Below, piece after piece: positions 30,031 to 40,242 of a DNA stretch of 64,000 bases. The DNA comes from Christensenellales bacterium (GTDB lineage: Bacteria > Bacillota > Clostridia > Christensenellales > CAG-138). The position numbers were made by a program, and so were the translations under genes. The notes beneath the pieces were generated by a model. It did no database searches, was not told where the DNA came from, and saw nothing but the letters and a program-made list of their open reading frames with translations. Position 1 is the first letter of the stretch; each line of letters starts with the position of its first letter. The stretch is from positions 1,411,679-1,475,678 of the forward strand of contig JAXGNN010000001.1 of assembly GCA_040767925.1 (NCBI GenBank). The letters are read 5' to 3'.

Positions 30031-30549
30031 ATGGCGATCGAACTCGTTTTGCCGGATATGGAACATAAAGCGCTTTATGAAGCCATGATGGACGAATGGC
30101 TCTCCTTCGGCGGCCGGTTGAACCCGGGTGCCCTGCGCAGCCACGGGGAGCCTTATGAAACCTGGCTTCAGTGGATGCGGGATGACCGGGACCCGCTTAC
30201 CTGCCCGGAAGGGTCTCCCCCGCAGACCTTATATTTTTTAATGGAAAACGGGGAATTGATCGGGGCCGTTACCGTGCGGCACTGCCTGAACGGGAGGACC
30301 TTGATCGACGGCGGGCACATCGGCCTTGGGATCAGGCCGTCGAAGCGCCGCATGGGCAAGGGGGCGGAAGCGCTGGCCCTCGCCGTGGGGAAGGCGCGCG
30401 AAATGGGCGCCGGCGCGGTCCTCCTGACGTGCGCGGAAGACAACATGGCGTCCGAAAAAACGATGCTGAAACTCGGCGCCGTTTATGAAAACACGCTGCC
30501 TAACGAGGACGGCGAACCCGTCAAGCGCTTCTGGATCCGGGGCGAATGA
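30031..30549 (+). CDS. GNAT family N-acetyltransferase
   Basis: GGHIGLGIRPS.RRMGKG, TC..DN.AS. Confidence 0.85.
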   Translation: MAIELVLPDMEHKALYEAMMDEWLSFGGRLNPGALRSHGEPYETWLQWMRDDRDPLTCPEGSPPQTLYFLMENGELIGAVTVRHCLNGRTLIDGGHIGLGIRPSKRRMGKGAEALALAVGKAREMGAGAVLLTCAEDNMASEKTMLKLGAVYENTLPNEDGEPVKRFWIRGE

Positions 30550-30639
30550 CGCGGTTGCGGCCTTCCCCTCATAATCCCTCCTGCTATATCATCATTCCGG
30601 CGCGACACGAACGATTTTTGAAGATGAGGAGCAAAACGC

Positions 30640-31371
30640 ATGACAAACGCGATATTCTCCGGCGTGCGGGCGAAATGGCTGCCGCTGTACGAGCGGCTTT
30701 ACGGTATGGCGCGAGAAAAACTCGGCGCGTTCGATGTGAAGGAGACGCCGGGCGCGGTCCTTTGGCGGCACAATTCAACGTTCGCCGAGATCGGCGCGAG
30801 GAAGGACTGCATGGTGGTCGCCTTCGCCTCAAACGCCGCGCACGACGCGTGGGAGCCCGCGAAGGTGCTGCGGACCTCAAAAAACCGCGTGGTCCATTAT
30901 TTTGAGGCGACGGACGACGCGCGCTTTTCGGAGCTCGTCGCGCGCATCGCGGAGGCGTACGCCCTGACCCAATCGAACCGCGCGCCGAAAAAGCCCGCGG
31001 AAAAGCCGGGCTACGCCACCGTCGACGAATATATCGCGCTCTTCCCGCCCGAGGCGCGGGCCGTCATGGAAAAGGCCAGGGCGGCCATCCGCGAGGCCGC
31101 GCCCGACGCGGCGGAGAAGATCAGCTGGGGGATGCCGACGTTCTACCTCAACGGCAACCTCGTGCATTTCGCCGCGGCGCAAAAGCACCTCGGCTTCTAC
31201 CCGGGCGAGAGCGGCATCAGCGCTTTTGCCGGAAAGCTCGGCGGCTATCGGTTCTCCAAGGGGGCGGCGCAGTTCCCGTTCGACAAGCCGGTTCCGTACG
31301 AGCTGATCGCGGAAATCACGCGTTTCCGCGCGCAGGAGCAGAGAGCCGTCCGCGACCGCGCGCGCGGATGA
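30640..31371 (+). CDS. DUF5655-like + DUF1801/YdhG-like fusion protein
   Basis: C-terminal TVDEYI..F...A.EKISWGMPTF...HFAA..KHLGFYP; N-terminal domain call tentative. Confidence 0.7.
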   Translation: MTNAIFSGVRAKWLPLYERLYGMAREKLGAFDVKETPGAVLWRHNSTFAEIGARKDCMVVAFASNAAHDAWEPAKVLRTSKNRVVHYFEATDDARFSELVARIAEAYALTQSNRAPKKPAEKPGYATVDEYIALFPPEARAVMEKARAAIREAAPDAAEKISWGMPTFYLNGNLVHFAAAQKHLGFYPGESGISAFAGKLGGYRFSKGAAQFPFDKPVPYELIAEITRFRAQEQRAVRDRARG

Positions 31372-31394
31372 CGCGATCGAGGAAGGGAGTGCAG

Positions 31395-32315
31395 ATGGAA
31401 GCAGTATTTGAAAAAGCGCGGGGATTCGTCTGCCGCAACGCGCGCCCGCTGGACCTCGCGCGCTGGCAATGCCACTTCGAGGGCGGCGGCAAGGAGGCGG
31501 TCCTCCAAGCGCTCGCCCACTATCAGAATGGGGACGGCGGCTTCGGCCACGCGCTGGAGCCGGACGCGTGGAACCCGGCGTCCGCGCCGATACAGACCTG
31601 GGCGGCGACGGAAATCCTGCGCGAAATCGATTTTGCCGACGGGGAGCATCCGCTGATCCGGGGCATCCTTCGCTATCTTGCGAGCGGGCGGGATTTCGAG
31701 GGGCATTTCTGGTATAACACCGTCAGGAGCAACAACGATCATCCGCACGCGCCCTGGTGGCACACCGAGAGCGACAGCACCTGCCACAACGATTATAACC
31801 CCACCGCCTGCCTCGCGGGCTTTATCCTCCGCTTTGCGGATGAAAAAAGCGAGTTATATGGTTTGGGCCGCCGCGTCGCGGGGGAGGCTTTCGACGCGTA
31901 TATGGGACAAGGGCTGTTGGGCGACATGCACACGGCGTTCTGCTTCGTACGCCTGCTGCAATACTGCGAGGAGGCGGGCGCGCGCGGCGCAATCGACCTC
32001 CCCGCGCTCCGGGAAAAGCTCCGCCTGCAGGTTAGCGCCAGCATCACGCGGAACACCGCGGAATGGGAAACAGGCTATGTCTGCAAGCCCTCGCAGTTTT
32101 TCAACGCGCCGGAGAGCATGTTCTATCCCGACAACCGGGACATCGCCGCATACGAGTGCGAATACATCCTAAGGACGCAACTGGACGACGGCGCGTGGAA
32201 CATCCCCTGGAACTGGAAGGAGTATCCCGCGGAATGGGCCATCAGCAAAAACTGGTGGAAATCGAACGGCGCCATCCTGAACCTGCTCTATCTCAGGGGA
32301 TTCGGGCGGTTGTGA
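31395..32315 (+). CDS. Hypothetical protein with prenyltransferase/squalene-cyclase-like repeats
   Basis: NARPLD, YQNGDGGFGHALEPD, HAPWW, Q.DDG.W. Confidence 0.7.
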   Translation: MEAVFEKARGFVCRNARPLDLARWQCHFEGGGKEAVLQALAHYQNGDGGFGHALEPDAWNPASAPIQTWAATEILREIDFADGEHPLIRGILRYLASGRDFEGHFWYNTVRSNNDHPHAPWWHTESDSTCHNDYNPTACLAGFILRFADEKSELYGLGRRVAGEAFDAYMGQGLLGDMHTAFCFVRLLQYCEEAGARGAIDLPALREKLRLQVSASITRNTAEWETGYVCKPSQFFNAPESMFYPDNRDIAAYECEYILRTQLDDGAWNIPWNWKEYPAEWAISKNWWKSNGAILNLLYLRGFGRL

Positions 32316-32377
32316 GAAACAGGGCGAGCGGACGCCTTCCGGGTTTGATTTATTCTAAATATCTCATGAGGTAACGC

Positions 32378-33340
32378 ATGTATCAGGACATGAAATCCCG
32401 CTTCACGCAGGAAGCGGTTTCTCTCGCCGCCGCGCGCTTCGGCGTCGGGGCGGAGGAGCTTGAACCCCTGGGATTTTGGCAAAACGCCGTGTTCGGCTTT
32501 GAGAAGGACGGCGAGAAACGCATCCTCCGCGTCGCGCACGACTCCCACCGCGGCGAAAAGCTCATCGCGGACGAAATCGACTTCCTTTTATATTTGAGCG
32601 AACGCGGCGCGCGCGTGAGCCCGCCTCTCCCCTCCCCCTCGGGCCGGTATGTGGAGAGCATACGGATGGGCGGGGACATCTTCCACGCGGCCTGCTTCCG
32701 CCGCGCCTTCGGGCGGGAGTGGGAGTTCAGCGAGAAAAGCACCGAGGCCATCGGGGAGGCGACGGGGCTCATCCACAGCCTCTCGCGGCAATACGGGCGC
32801 CCCGCGCGCTACCACTGGTTTGACAACGGGTACATCAAAGCGCGCGCGCTGTATATTCCCCAAAGATACGGCCCCGTTTTGGAGAACGCGCGGAAGCTGC
32901 TCCGGGAAATCCATGCGCTGCCGCGGACGGAGGAAGACTACGGCCTCATCCACGGGGACATCAACGGCAGAAACTACCTGGTCGGCGACGACGACGAGGT
33001 GACCCTCTTCGACTTCGACGAGTGCCAGATGGACTGGTACGCGAACGACGTCGCCATACAGCTTTTCTACTATACTTATGTGTTCGAGGACGTCGCGGAA
33101 AGGGCGGAGTTCTTCCTGCAAAATTTCCTTCGGGGATATCGGAAGCACGCCGAACTTTCCGCGGCGGATTTCGACCGGCTGCCCCTCTTTCTCCGGCTGC
33201 GCGAATTGATCGTATTCACGGGCGTGTGCCGCGGGCTCGACCTTGAGAATCTTAACCCGTATACGCGGCGCTTCGTCGACCGGCTGAGCCTGATGGGGAA
33301 GCCGCTCTATCTCGATGTGGAAAAGCTCAGGGGACTTTAA
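32378..33340 (+). CDS. APH-family phosphotransferase (YerI/homoserine kinase type II-like)
   Basis: YGLIHGD...N, LFDFDEC...WY.ND. Confidence 0.85.
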   Translation: MYQDMKSRFTQEAVSLAAARFGVGAEELEPLGFWQNAVFGFEKDGEKRILRVAHDSHRGEKLIADEIDFLLYLSERGARVSPPLPSPSGRYVESIRMGGDIFHAACFRRAFGREWEFSEKSTEAIGEATGLIHSLSRQYGRPARYHWFDNGYIKARALYIPQRYGPVLENARKLLREIHALPRTEEDYGLIHGDINGRNYLVGDDDEVTLFDFDECQMDWYANDVAIQLFYYTYVFEDVAERAEFFLQNFLRGYRKHAELSAADFDRLPLFLRLRELIVFTGVCRGLDLENLNPYTRRFVDRLSLMGKPLYLDVEKLRGL

Positions 33341-33381
33341 GCGCACAAAGGGCGGAGTGCCCACTTCATTGAGCATCAAAC

Positions 33382-33420
33382 ACCGCCGGCCCGTTGAAGG
33401 GCCCGGCGGTTTTTTCTTTT
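33382..33420 (+). terminator. Intrinsic terminator
   Basis: ACCGCCGGCCC-GTTGAA-GGGCCCGGCGGT followed by a T-run. Confidence 0.8.
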
Positions 33421-33446
33421 CTTTCTATTCCTTTCTTTCTATATCC

Positions 33447-34430
33447 TTATGGGCGCATCCCGGCGACGGGCGCGTGGTGGCACGCCGCCTTATGGCCGGG
33501 GAAAACCTCGCGAAGCGGGGGCGCCTCCTTTTCGCACAGCGCCGTCCTGTAGGGGCAGCGCGGGTGGAGCGGGCAGCCCTCCGGCACGCGGATGGCGCTG
33601 GGCGGCTCCCCGGGGAGGAGGAACTTTTCCAAGTTTCGAAGCCGCGGGGAGAGCACGGGCGCGGCGGAGATCAGCCCGTAGGTATACGGGTGGAGCGGGC
33701 GCCGATAAACTTCGTCCGCCGGGCCGACCTCGACGATGCGGCCGAGGTACATCACGCCGATCCTGTCGCTGATGTAGCGCACCACGTGCAGGTTGTGGGT
33801 GATGAAGAAGTAGGTCAGGCGATACGCCTGCTGGATGTCGAGGAGGAGGTTCAGTATCTGCGCCTGGATGGATACGTCCAAGGCCGAGGTCGGCTCGTCG
33901 AGGATGAGGAAGTCCGGCTTGAGCAATATGGCGCGCGCGATGCTCGCCCGCTGCTGCTCGCCCCCGCTGAGCTGGTGCGGATAGCGCGAAAGGTAGGTTT
34001 CGTCGAGGCCGATGTCGCGCATGGCCTCGCGCAGCCGCTTTTCCGTTTCCTCGCGCGGGACGCCGTTCACCTTGAGCTGCCGCGCCAGCGCTTGGCCGAC
34101 GGTGAAGCGCGGGTTCAAAGAGAGCGCCGGGTCCTGAAACACCATGGCGGCCTTCCTGCGGTAGCTGAGAAGCTCCGCGGGGGACATGGAGAAAATATCC
34201 CGCCCGCGGTAGAGGATGCGGTTTTCCGTGGGCTCCTCGAGGCGCATCAGGAGTCGCGCGAGCGTGCTTTTGCCGCAGCCGCTCTCGCCCACGATGCCGA
34301 ACACCTCGCCCTGCCCAACGGCGAGATTGACGTCGTCCACGGCCTTGATCCGGTATTTCCGCGTGCCGAGGATCCCCCTCTGGAAGGAGTAATACTTCTT
34401 CAGCCCGTCGATCTTGATCAGCTCTTCCAT
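33447..34430 (-). CDS. Oligopeptide/dipeptide ABC transporter ATP-binding protein (DppF/OppF-like)
   Basis: [29 protein letters not shown]; start MEELIK. Confidence 0.92.
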   Translation of the reverse strand: MEELIKIDGLKKYYSFQRGILGTRKYRIKAVDDVNLAVGQGEVFGIVGESGCGKSTLARLLMRLEEPTENRILYRGRDIFSMSPAELLSYRRKAAMVFQDPALSLNPRFTVGQALARQLKVNGVPREETEKRLREAMRDIGLDETYLSRYPHQLSGGEQQRASIARAILLKPDFLILDEPTSALDVSIQAQILNLLLDIQQAYRLTYFFITHNLHVVRYISDRIGVMYLGRIVEVGPADEVYRRPLHPYTYGLISAAPVLSPRLRNLEKFLLPGEPPSAIRVPEGCPLHPRCPYRTALCEKEAPPLREVFPGHKAACHHAPVAGMRP

Positions 34431-35407
34431 GCGCCCTCCCCTTCCCCCGCCCGCACGCGGGCGCACGCGGCGAAATGGCCAGGCCCGACCTCGGCGAGCG
34501 CGGGAATCCCCTCCCGGCACGCGTCGCTTTTTTCGGGGCAGCGCGCGAAGAACTTGCAGCAGCCCGGGGGAGAGCCCGCGTGGACGCTGCCCGGTATGGA
34601 CTGCAATTTTCCCTCGCGCTTGGTGATGGTGGGCAGCGCCGCGAGCAGCAGGCGCGTATAGGGGTGCCGCGGGTTTTCGAAGATGTCGAACACGCCGCCG
34701 ACTTCCACGATGCTCCCCGCGTACATGATGGCCACGCGGTCGGCCATCTCCGCCACGACGCCGAAATCGTGCGTGATGAGGAGCATGGAATTGTCGAGCC
34801 GCTGCTGCTCCTCGCGAAGCAGCCGCAGGATCTGCGCCTGTATGGTCACGTCGAGCGCGGTCGTCGGCTCGTCCGCGATGAGGAGCTTCGGGTTTCGAAG
34901 GCTCATCATGGCGATCATGGCGCGCTGGCGCATGCCCCCGCTGTACTCGAAGGGATAGTCGCGCGCGCGCTGCTGCGCGTCCTGTATCTTCACCTCGCGA
35001 AGCCGGTTCACCGCTTCCTTCCACGCCCTTTGCCGGGGCACGCGGTCGAGCATGGCGGCCTCGGCGAGCTGCTTGCCGACCCGCTGCACGGGGTTGAACG
35101 AGTCGAGCGGGTTCTGGAACACCATCCCGATCTCCCTGCCACGCACCCGCTCGACCTCCCTGCGGCCCATTTTGATCAGATCCCTGCCCTCGAGGAGGAC
35201 GCTGCCCCCCGCGATTGTGCCGGGCGCGCGCACGAGCCGCATGACGGCGGCCGCCACGGTGGACTTCCCGCAGCCGGATTCCCCGACGAGCGCGAAGATC
35301 TCGCCCCGGCGGATGTCGAAGCTGATCCCGTCGACCGCGGTCACGCCGCCGCCTGTCCGGTATTCGACGCGAAGGTCGCGCGCCTCGATGAGAGTTTCCC
35401 TTGCCAT
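34418..35407 (-). CDS. Oligopeptide/dipeptide ABC transporter ATP-binding protein (DppD/OppD-like)
   Basis: [29 protein letters not shown]. Confidence 0.92.
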   Translation of the reverse strand: MARETLIEARDLRVEYRTGGGVTAVDGISFDIRRGEIFALVGESGCGKSTVAAAVMRLVRAPGTIAGGSVLLEGRDLIKMGRREVERVRGREIGMVFQNPLDSFNPVQRVGKQLAEAAMLDRVPRQRAWKEAVNRLREVKIQDAQQRARDYPFEYSGGMRQRAMIAMMSLRNPKLLIADEPTTALDVTIQAQILRLLREEQQRLDNSMLLITHDFGVVAEMADRVAIMYAGSIVEVGGVFDIFENPRHPYTRLLLAALPTITKREGKLQSIPGSVHAGSPPGCCKFFARCPEKSDACREGIPALAEVGPGHFAACARVRAGEGEGAWKS

Positions 35408-35419
35408 ATGCCTCCCCTC

Positions 35420-36247
35420 CTATACCCGGAGCGTCGGGTCCAGCACGTCCCGGAGCCCTTCGCCGAGGAGATTGAAACCGATGATGGTGTACGACAGCAC
35501 CGCGCCCGGGAAGAGGCTGATCCACGGATGGGTCACGATGGCGTCGAGCCCGGCGGAGACCATGGCCCCCCATTCGGGCTCCGGAATCTGCGCGCCGATG
35601 CCCATGAAGCTGACGGCGGAGGCGAGAAGGAGCGAGGCCGGCATTGCCATGAACATCAGGATGATGATGATGGGCGAGATGTTCGGCAGAATATAGCGGA
35701 AGATGATGGCGGCGTCGCTCTCGCCGAAGGCCTTGGCGGCCTCGACGTAGGGCAGGCTCCTGACGGCCATGGTCTTGACGGTCACAAGCCGCGTCATGCC
35801 CGCCCAGGCGACGAGCGAGATGGCGATGATGGCGTTCGCGAGGCTCGGGCCGAGCAGCGTGATGAGCGCGATGATGACGACCAGCGCCGGCAGCGAGAGG
35901 ACGAGGTATGTGAAAAAGCTGATGATTTTCTCAACCGTTTTGCCGAAGTAGCCCGCGACAAGGCCGAGGCCGATGCCGATGGCACACTGGATGGCCATGG
36001 CGACGAACGCGACGGCGAGCGCGAGGCGCGTGCCGTGCAGCACGCGCGAGAAGATATCCCGCCCCATGTTGTCCGTGCCGAACAGGTGCGCGGCGCTCGG
36101 CGGCAGAAGCCGGTCCGGAACGTTGACCGCGTCGTAGGGATAGGGGGCGAGCCAGCCCGCGAAGGCCGCGGCGAAGAGCACGGAGAGCACCATGACGAGC
36201 CCCACCGCGAACGTTTTATATTTGAAGATGCGCCGGAATATCTTCAC
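35420..36247 (-). CDS. Peptide ABC transporter permease (DppC/OppC-like)
   Basis: HLFGTDNMGRD, EAA loop, GEGLRD.LDP; GTG start. Confidence 0.9.
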   Translation of the reverse strand: MKIFRRIFKYKTFAVGLVMVLSVLFAAAFAGWLAPYPYDAVNVPDRLLPPSAAHLFGTDNMGRDIFSRVLHGTRLALAVAFVAMAIQCAIGIGLGLVAGYFGKTVEKIISFFTYLVLSLPALVVIIALITLLGPSLANAIIAISLVAWAGMTRLVTVKTMAVRSLPYVEAAKAFGESDAAIIFRYILPNISPIIIILMFMAMPASLLLASAVSFMGIGAQIPEPEWGAMVSAGLDAIVTHPWISLFPGAVLSYTIIGFNLLGEGLRDVLDPTLRV

Positions 36248-37185
36248 GGGCGGCCTCCCTTCATGGCGAGCTTGATGCGCGGGTCCAGCGCGGCCGAGGC
36301 GAGCTCGCCCAATACGTTGCACACGGTTGTCAGCGCCGCGATGATGAGGAAGATGCCCTGCACGACCGGGTAGTCGTGCCCCATGACGGAGCTTAATACG
36401 AGCGAGCCCATGCCGGGCAGCGCGAAGAGGATTTCGATGATGACGGCGCCCGTGATAAGGCCGGGCAGTTGGAGGAAGATCCGGATCGTCACGGGGATGA
36501 GGGAATTGCGCAGCACGTGCCGGAAGAGCACCTGGGAGGTGCTGAGGCCCTTGGCGTACGCGGTCTCCACGAAGCGCGAGGAGGTCACCTCCAGCACCTC
36601 GGAGCGCACGAGGCGCAAAATCGAGGCCACCTCGATGACGACGAGCACCGCGACGGGCAGCACGAGCGAGAGCGGGCCGGAAAAGCCCGAAATGGGGAGC
36701 CAGCCGAGCTTGATGCTGAACAGGCGGATGAGGAAGACGCCGAGTATGAAGTTCGGGATGGAAAAGAGGATGAGCGAGAGCGTGACGATGCCCTTGTCGA
36801 TATAGGTGCTTTTCTTATACGCGGTCAGAAGCCCGAGCGGGACCGAGATCGTGTAGGAAAGGAACATCGCGGGCAGCATCAAGAGGAGCGTATACGGCAA
36901 CCGCTCCGCGATGAGGCGGGAGACGGGCGCGCCCAGCGAGATGGAGGTGCCGAGGTCGCCCTTTAGGAGGTTGGACGCCCACACGAAGAACCGGACGGGC
37001 GCGGGCTTGTCGAGCCCCCACTTGGCGCGAAGCTCCGCCTTGACGTCCTCCGTCACCATGGGGTTGGTGATGAGGCTGATGGGATCCCCCCCGGGCAGCA
37101 CCTGCAGGAGGATGAAGAGGATCACGGTGGACAGGACGATGATCGCCAGCCCCGTTATGAGCCTGCGGATCGCATATCGTAGCAT
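36244..37185 (-). CDS. Peptide ABC transporter permease (DppB/OppB-like)
   Basis: GDLGTS, AKGLS, HVLRNSL, DYPVVQG, LDPRI. Confidence 0.9.
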   Translation of the reverse strand: MLRYAIRRLITGLAIIVLSTVILFILLQVLPGGDPISLITNPMVTEDVKAELRAKWGLDKPAPVRFFVWASNLLKGDLGTSISLGAPVSRLIAERLPYTLLLMLPAMFLSYTISVPLGLLTAYKKSTYIDKGIVTLSLILFSIPNFILGVFLIRLFSIKLGWLPISGFSGPLSLVLPVAVLVVIEVASILRLVRSEVLEVTSSRFVETAYAKGLSTSQVLFRHVLRNSLIPVTIRIFLQLPGLITGAVIIEILFALPGMGSLVLSSVMGHDYPVVQGIFLIIAALTTVCNVLGELASAALDPRIKLAMKGGRP

Positions 37186-37303
37186 GCGGCTTCTCCAAAT
37201 ATAGAAAGATGTGCCTCGCGGTACGACGGCGGCGGGACCGGTATCGACCCAGTCCCGCCGACCCTCGTGTAGAGTATAAGGGGGATGCGCTTTCGCGTAA
37301 AGC

Positions 37304-38899
37304 CTATTTCGATTTCGTCGCGTCGTTGAGGTAGATGACGCCGTTGACGAACTTGATGCCCGTGACGGCGTTGCGGTAGGCGAGGTACGCCGTCGGGTTG
37401 TAGAGGCTGATCATGGGCACGAAGCCGTACACGAGGTCCGCGGCGGCGGCGTATTTCGCCTGGCGCGTGGGGATGTCGTTGTTGAAGTCGGCCTCGGCGG
37501 TCAATTGCAGGAGCTGCTGGTAATCCGGGCTGTTGTCCATCATGCGGAAGGGCTCCTGCGTGAAGGTGAATGTGAATATGTTGGCGTCGGACCAGCCGCA
37601 GCTCCAGATGAACAGGTCGTATTCGCCCTTCTGCTGGATCTCGACCGCCATGGCGATGTCGATGCTCTTGACGACGAGCTCGACGCCCGCCTTCTTGTAC
37701 TGCGCCTGCAGCACGGTCGCGGCGGTCTCGACGTCGGGCTGCCCGCTCACGATGCACAGCGTGAGCGAGAGGGGCGCGCCGTCCTTTTCGAGCATGCCGT
37801 CCCCGTTCGCGTCTGCGTAGCCCGCGCCGGCGAGCAGCGCTTTCGCCTTTTCAAGGTCGTAGGAGAACGCGGCTTTGAACTTGTCCTCCACCGCCTGCGT
37901 GCCGCCGACCCATTGGGGGAGCAGCGGGCCGTAGACCGGCTGGGCCGCGCCGCTGAGCGCCGCCACGATCTCGTCCCTGTCCGTGATGAGGTTGAGCGCC
38001 GTCCTCACGTTGACGTCGGGGATGGTGTTGGAGTTGAGCGCCGCGTAGAACATGGCGGTCGTCCTGTTCTCCTCCACCGTGACGTCCGGGTTGGCGCGGA
38101 GGCTCTCGAGGCTTTCCGTGGGCACGTCGAAGATGAGGTCCACGTTCCCGGCCTCAAGCTCGCTCACGCGCGTGAAGGCGCTGGGGATATAGCGGATGCG
38201 GATGGTGTCGAAGTCATACGCGCCGTGGTTCTGGACGAGGGGGTTGTTGGTTTTGAAGTCCTCGTTCGCCTTGAGGAGCATGAAGTTGCCGCGGTTCCAT
38301 TCGGCGACGGTATAGGGGCCGTAGCCGACGGGGCTCGTCATGAAGGCCGCGTCCCCCGCGGAGGAGGCCGCCGCCGCGTTCATGATCGCCGAGAGCGGGC
38401 TCGCGATCACGGACATCATGGCGCTGGGCTGCATCATGCAGTTGAAGACGACGGTCTTACTGTCGGGCGCCTCGATGCTCATGATGGCCATGTAGAGGAA
38501 CTTCAGGGGCGCGATTTCCCGAAGCCGCTCGAAGGAGGCCTTGACGGCCGCGGCGTCGAGCGGATCCCCGTTGGGGAAGGTGAGCCCTTCGGGCAAGGTG
38601 AAAGTGATGGTCTTTCCGTCCTCAGAATAGGAGAGGCCTTCGCACAGCGCGGGCACGTAGGCGGAGTTGTCCGCGTTGGCGACGATCAGGGGCTCGTAGA
38701 GCATGTTCACGTCGAAGCCGAAGCCCGGCATCTGCTGGGGGTCGAGGCCGAGCGAGTCCCCCGTGATGCCCACGACCAGCTCGATTGGCTCGTCGGGCGC
38801 GCCGCCCTGCTTCGAGCCGGTGCAGCCCGCAAAGAGCGCCAGGAGCATCGCGGCGCACAGCAGAAGAGAGATCTTTTTGCGCATAAATGATCTTGACAT
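37304..38899 (-). CDS. Peptide ABC transporter substrate-binding lipoprotein (family 5)
   Basis: Lipobox LFAGC, LYEPL, F.NG.PL.A..V..S, PVGYGPY; start may be 38884. Confidence 0.9.
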   Translation of the reverse strand: MSRSFMRKKISLLLCAAMLLALFAGCTGSKQGGAPDEPIELVVGITGDSLGLDPQQMPGFGFDVNMLYEPLIVANADNSAYVPALCEGLSYSEDGKTITFTLPEGLTFPNGDPLDAAAVKASFERLREIAPLKFLYMAIMSIEAPDSKTVVFNCMMQPSAMMSVIASPLSAIMNAAAASSAGDAAFMTSPVGYGPYTVAEWNRGNFMLLKANEDFKTNNPLVQNHGAYDFDTIRIRYIPSAFTRVSELEAGNVDLIFDVPTESLESLRANPDVTVEENRTTAMFYAALNSNTIPDVNVRTALNLITDRDEIVAALSGAAQPVYGPLLPQWVGGTQAVEDKFKAAFSYDLEKAKALLAGAGYADANGDGMLEKDGAPLSLTLCIVSGQPDVETAATVLQAQYKKAGVELVVKSIDIAMAVEIQQKGEYDLFIWSCGWSDANIFTFTFTQEPFRMMDNSPDYQQLLQLTAEADFNNDIPTRQAKYAAAADLVYGFVPMISLYNPTAYLAYRNAVTGIKFVNGVIYLNDATKSK

Positions 38900-38930
38900 T
38901 TCAGCATCTCCTCATTACTATTTACTTGTG

Positions 38931-38940
38931 GTTAATTAAC
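38931..38940. promoter_or_regulatory. Palindromic operator candidate GTTAATTAAC (copy 1)
   Basis: Just downstream of minus-strand TTGACA(38984-38989)/TATAAT(38962-38967); same palindrome at 43995-44004. Confidence 0.6.
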
Positions 38941-39044
38941 TTACAGTGAACTTACGGTATCATTATATAATAAACAGCCTATTTGTCAACGGCATTTTTT
39001 CGGCGTTTTGCCCGATAAACCGCCGGGTTTCCACCCGGCCGGCG

Positions 39045-39093
39045 ACGCGGGGAACCGCATGCCGCACGCGGGGAGCCGCAGGCCGCACGCGGG
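39045..39093 (+). repeat. GC-rich heptamer-period tandem repeat (21-bp unit x2.3)
   Basis: ACGCGGG GAACCGC ATGCCGC ACGCGGG GAGCCGC AGGCCGC ACGCGGG. Confidence 0.75.
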
Positions 39094-39111
39094 GGAGGAT
39101 TGGGGGAATCT

Positions 39112-40242
39112 ATGGAATATAAAATCGGAAGGCACATCCGGGAGCTGCCCAAGATCAGCTATATCAAGGAGAGCGGGGACGAGGCCGCACCTGCGCCCGC
39201 CCCTGTCCCCGCCCCGGAGAAATTCATCGACTGCGCGCTGGGCGTAAACCCGTTCGGCTGTCCGCCGGCGGCGGCGCGGGCCGTGCAAAGCCTCTCCGCT
39301 TCGGAGCTGGCGCGCTACCCCGCGTTCCCCTACGCGGCGCTTCGCGGGCGGATCGCCGATCTCTGGCGCGAAACGGCGGACGTTCCCGCGGAATGCGTCC
39401 GCCTCGGCAGCGGCGCCATGTGCATCCTCAACCACATCAACAAGCTCTTCCTCGGCGCGGGCAGCCGCGTGCTCGGCTACTGTCCGCAGTTCACGGATTA
39501 CGTCACCAACGTCTACGGGTACGGCGGAAGCTATGACTTCTACCTGCTGCCGCGGGAGAAGAATTACGCGTTCGACCCGGAGGCCTTCCTCGCCCTCATG
39601 AAGCGCGGGCACGCGCTCGTCTACCTCGACAACCCCAACAACCCCACGGGGCAGGTGATCCCCGTGGACGCCGTACGCGCGATCGCCGCGCGCGCGCGAA
39701 AGCTCGGCGCCTGCGTGATCGTCGACGAGGCCTACGGGGACTATATGCCGCCCGCCAACTCCGCGGCGACGCTCGTGCCGGAATTCGACAACCTCTTCGT
39801 CGTGAAAAGCTTCTCCAAGGGCTACGGCCTCGCGGGGCTGCGCGCGGGCTACCTTATTGCATGCGGGCGGCTGATGGAGTATTATCAGAGGGTGGACATC
39901 CCCTTTAGCATCGGCGCCTGCGCCGAGGCGGCGCTCGGCGCGGCGCTTTCGGACGGCGCGTTCCTCGCGGAGTCCGTCCGGCGCATCGGGGAAATCAAGG
40001 CGGAGGTGATGCGCGCGTGCGAAAAGCTCGCCTGCGCGGCCACCGGAAAGACGACCTCGATTTTGCTTCTCAGCCACCCGGAGGAAACCGCGGACCTGTT
40101 CGCGCTCTTCCTCGCGCGCGGCGTCGTCACGGAGGCGGGCGACGGGTTTTTCGGCCTCTCGCGCAGCGCGGTGCGGCTTCGCGTGCCCGCGGATCCCGCG
40201 CCGCTGATCGACGCCATCCGGGGGATCGAGCATGCTCTATAA
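39112..40242 (+). CDS. PLP-dependent class I/II aminotransferase (HisC/CobD-like)
   Basis: NPNNPTG, VDEAY, SFSKGYGLAGLRAGY. Confidence 0.88.
   Translation: MEYKIGRHIRELPKISYIKESGDEAAPAPAPVPAPEKFIDCALGVNPFGCPPAAARAVQSLSASELARYPAFPYAALRGRIADLWRETADVPAECVRLGSGAMCILNHINKLFLGAGSRVLGYCPQFTDYVTNVYGYGGSYDFYLLPREKNYAFDPEAFLALMKRGHALVYLDNPNNPTGQVIPVDAVRAIAARARKLGACVIVDEAYGDYMPPANSAATLVPEFDNLFVVKSFSKGYGLAGLRAGYLIACGRLMEYYQRVDIPFSIGACAEAALGAALSDGAFLAESVRRIGEIKAEVMRACEKLACAATGKTTSILLLSHPEETADLFALFLARGVVTEAGDGFFGLSRSAVRLRVPADPAPLIDAIRGIEHAL

Noticed and set aside
29313..33420. Integrative element at tRNA-Arg
   Set aside because: No integrase or transposase, and no duplicated tRNA 3' end found by eye
33447..35573. 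708-aa ORF suggesting a fused or frameshifted ABC ATPase
   Set aside because: The upstream part is an off-frame read of the dppD-like gene; the real gene starts at ATG 34430 with its own RBS
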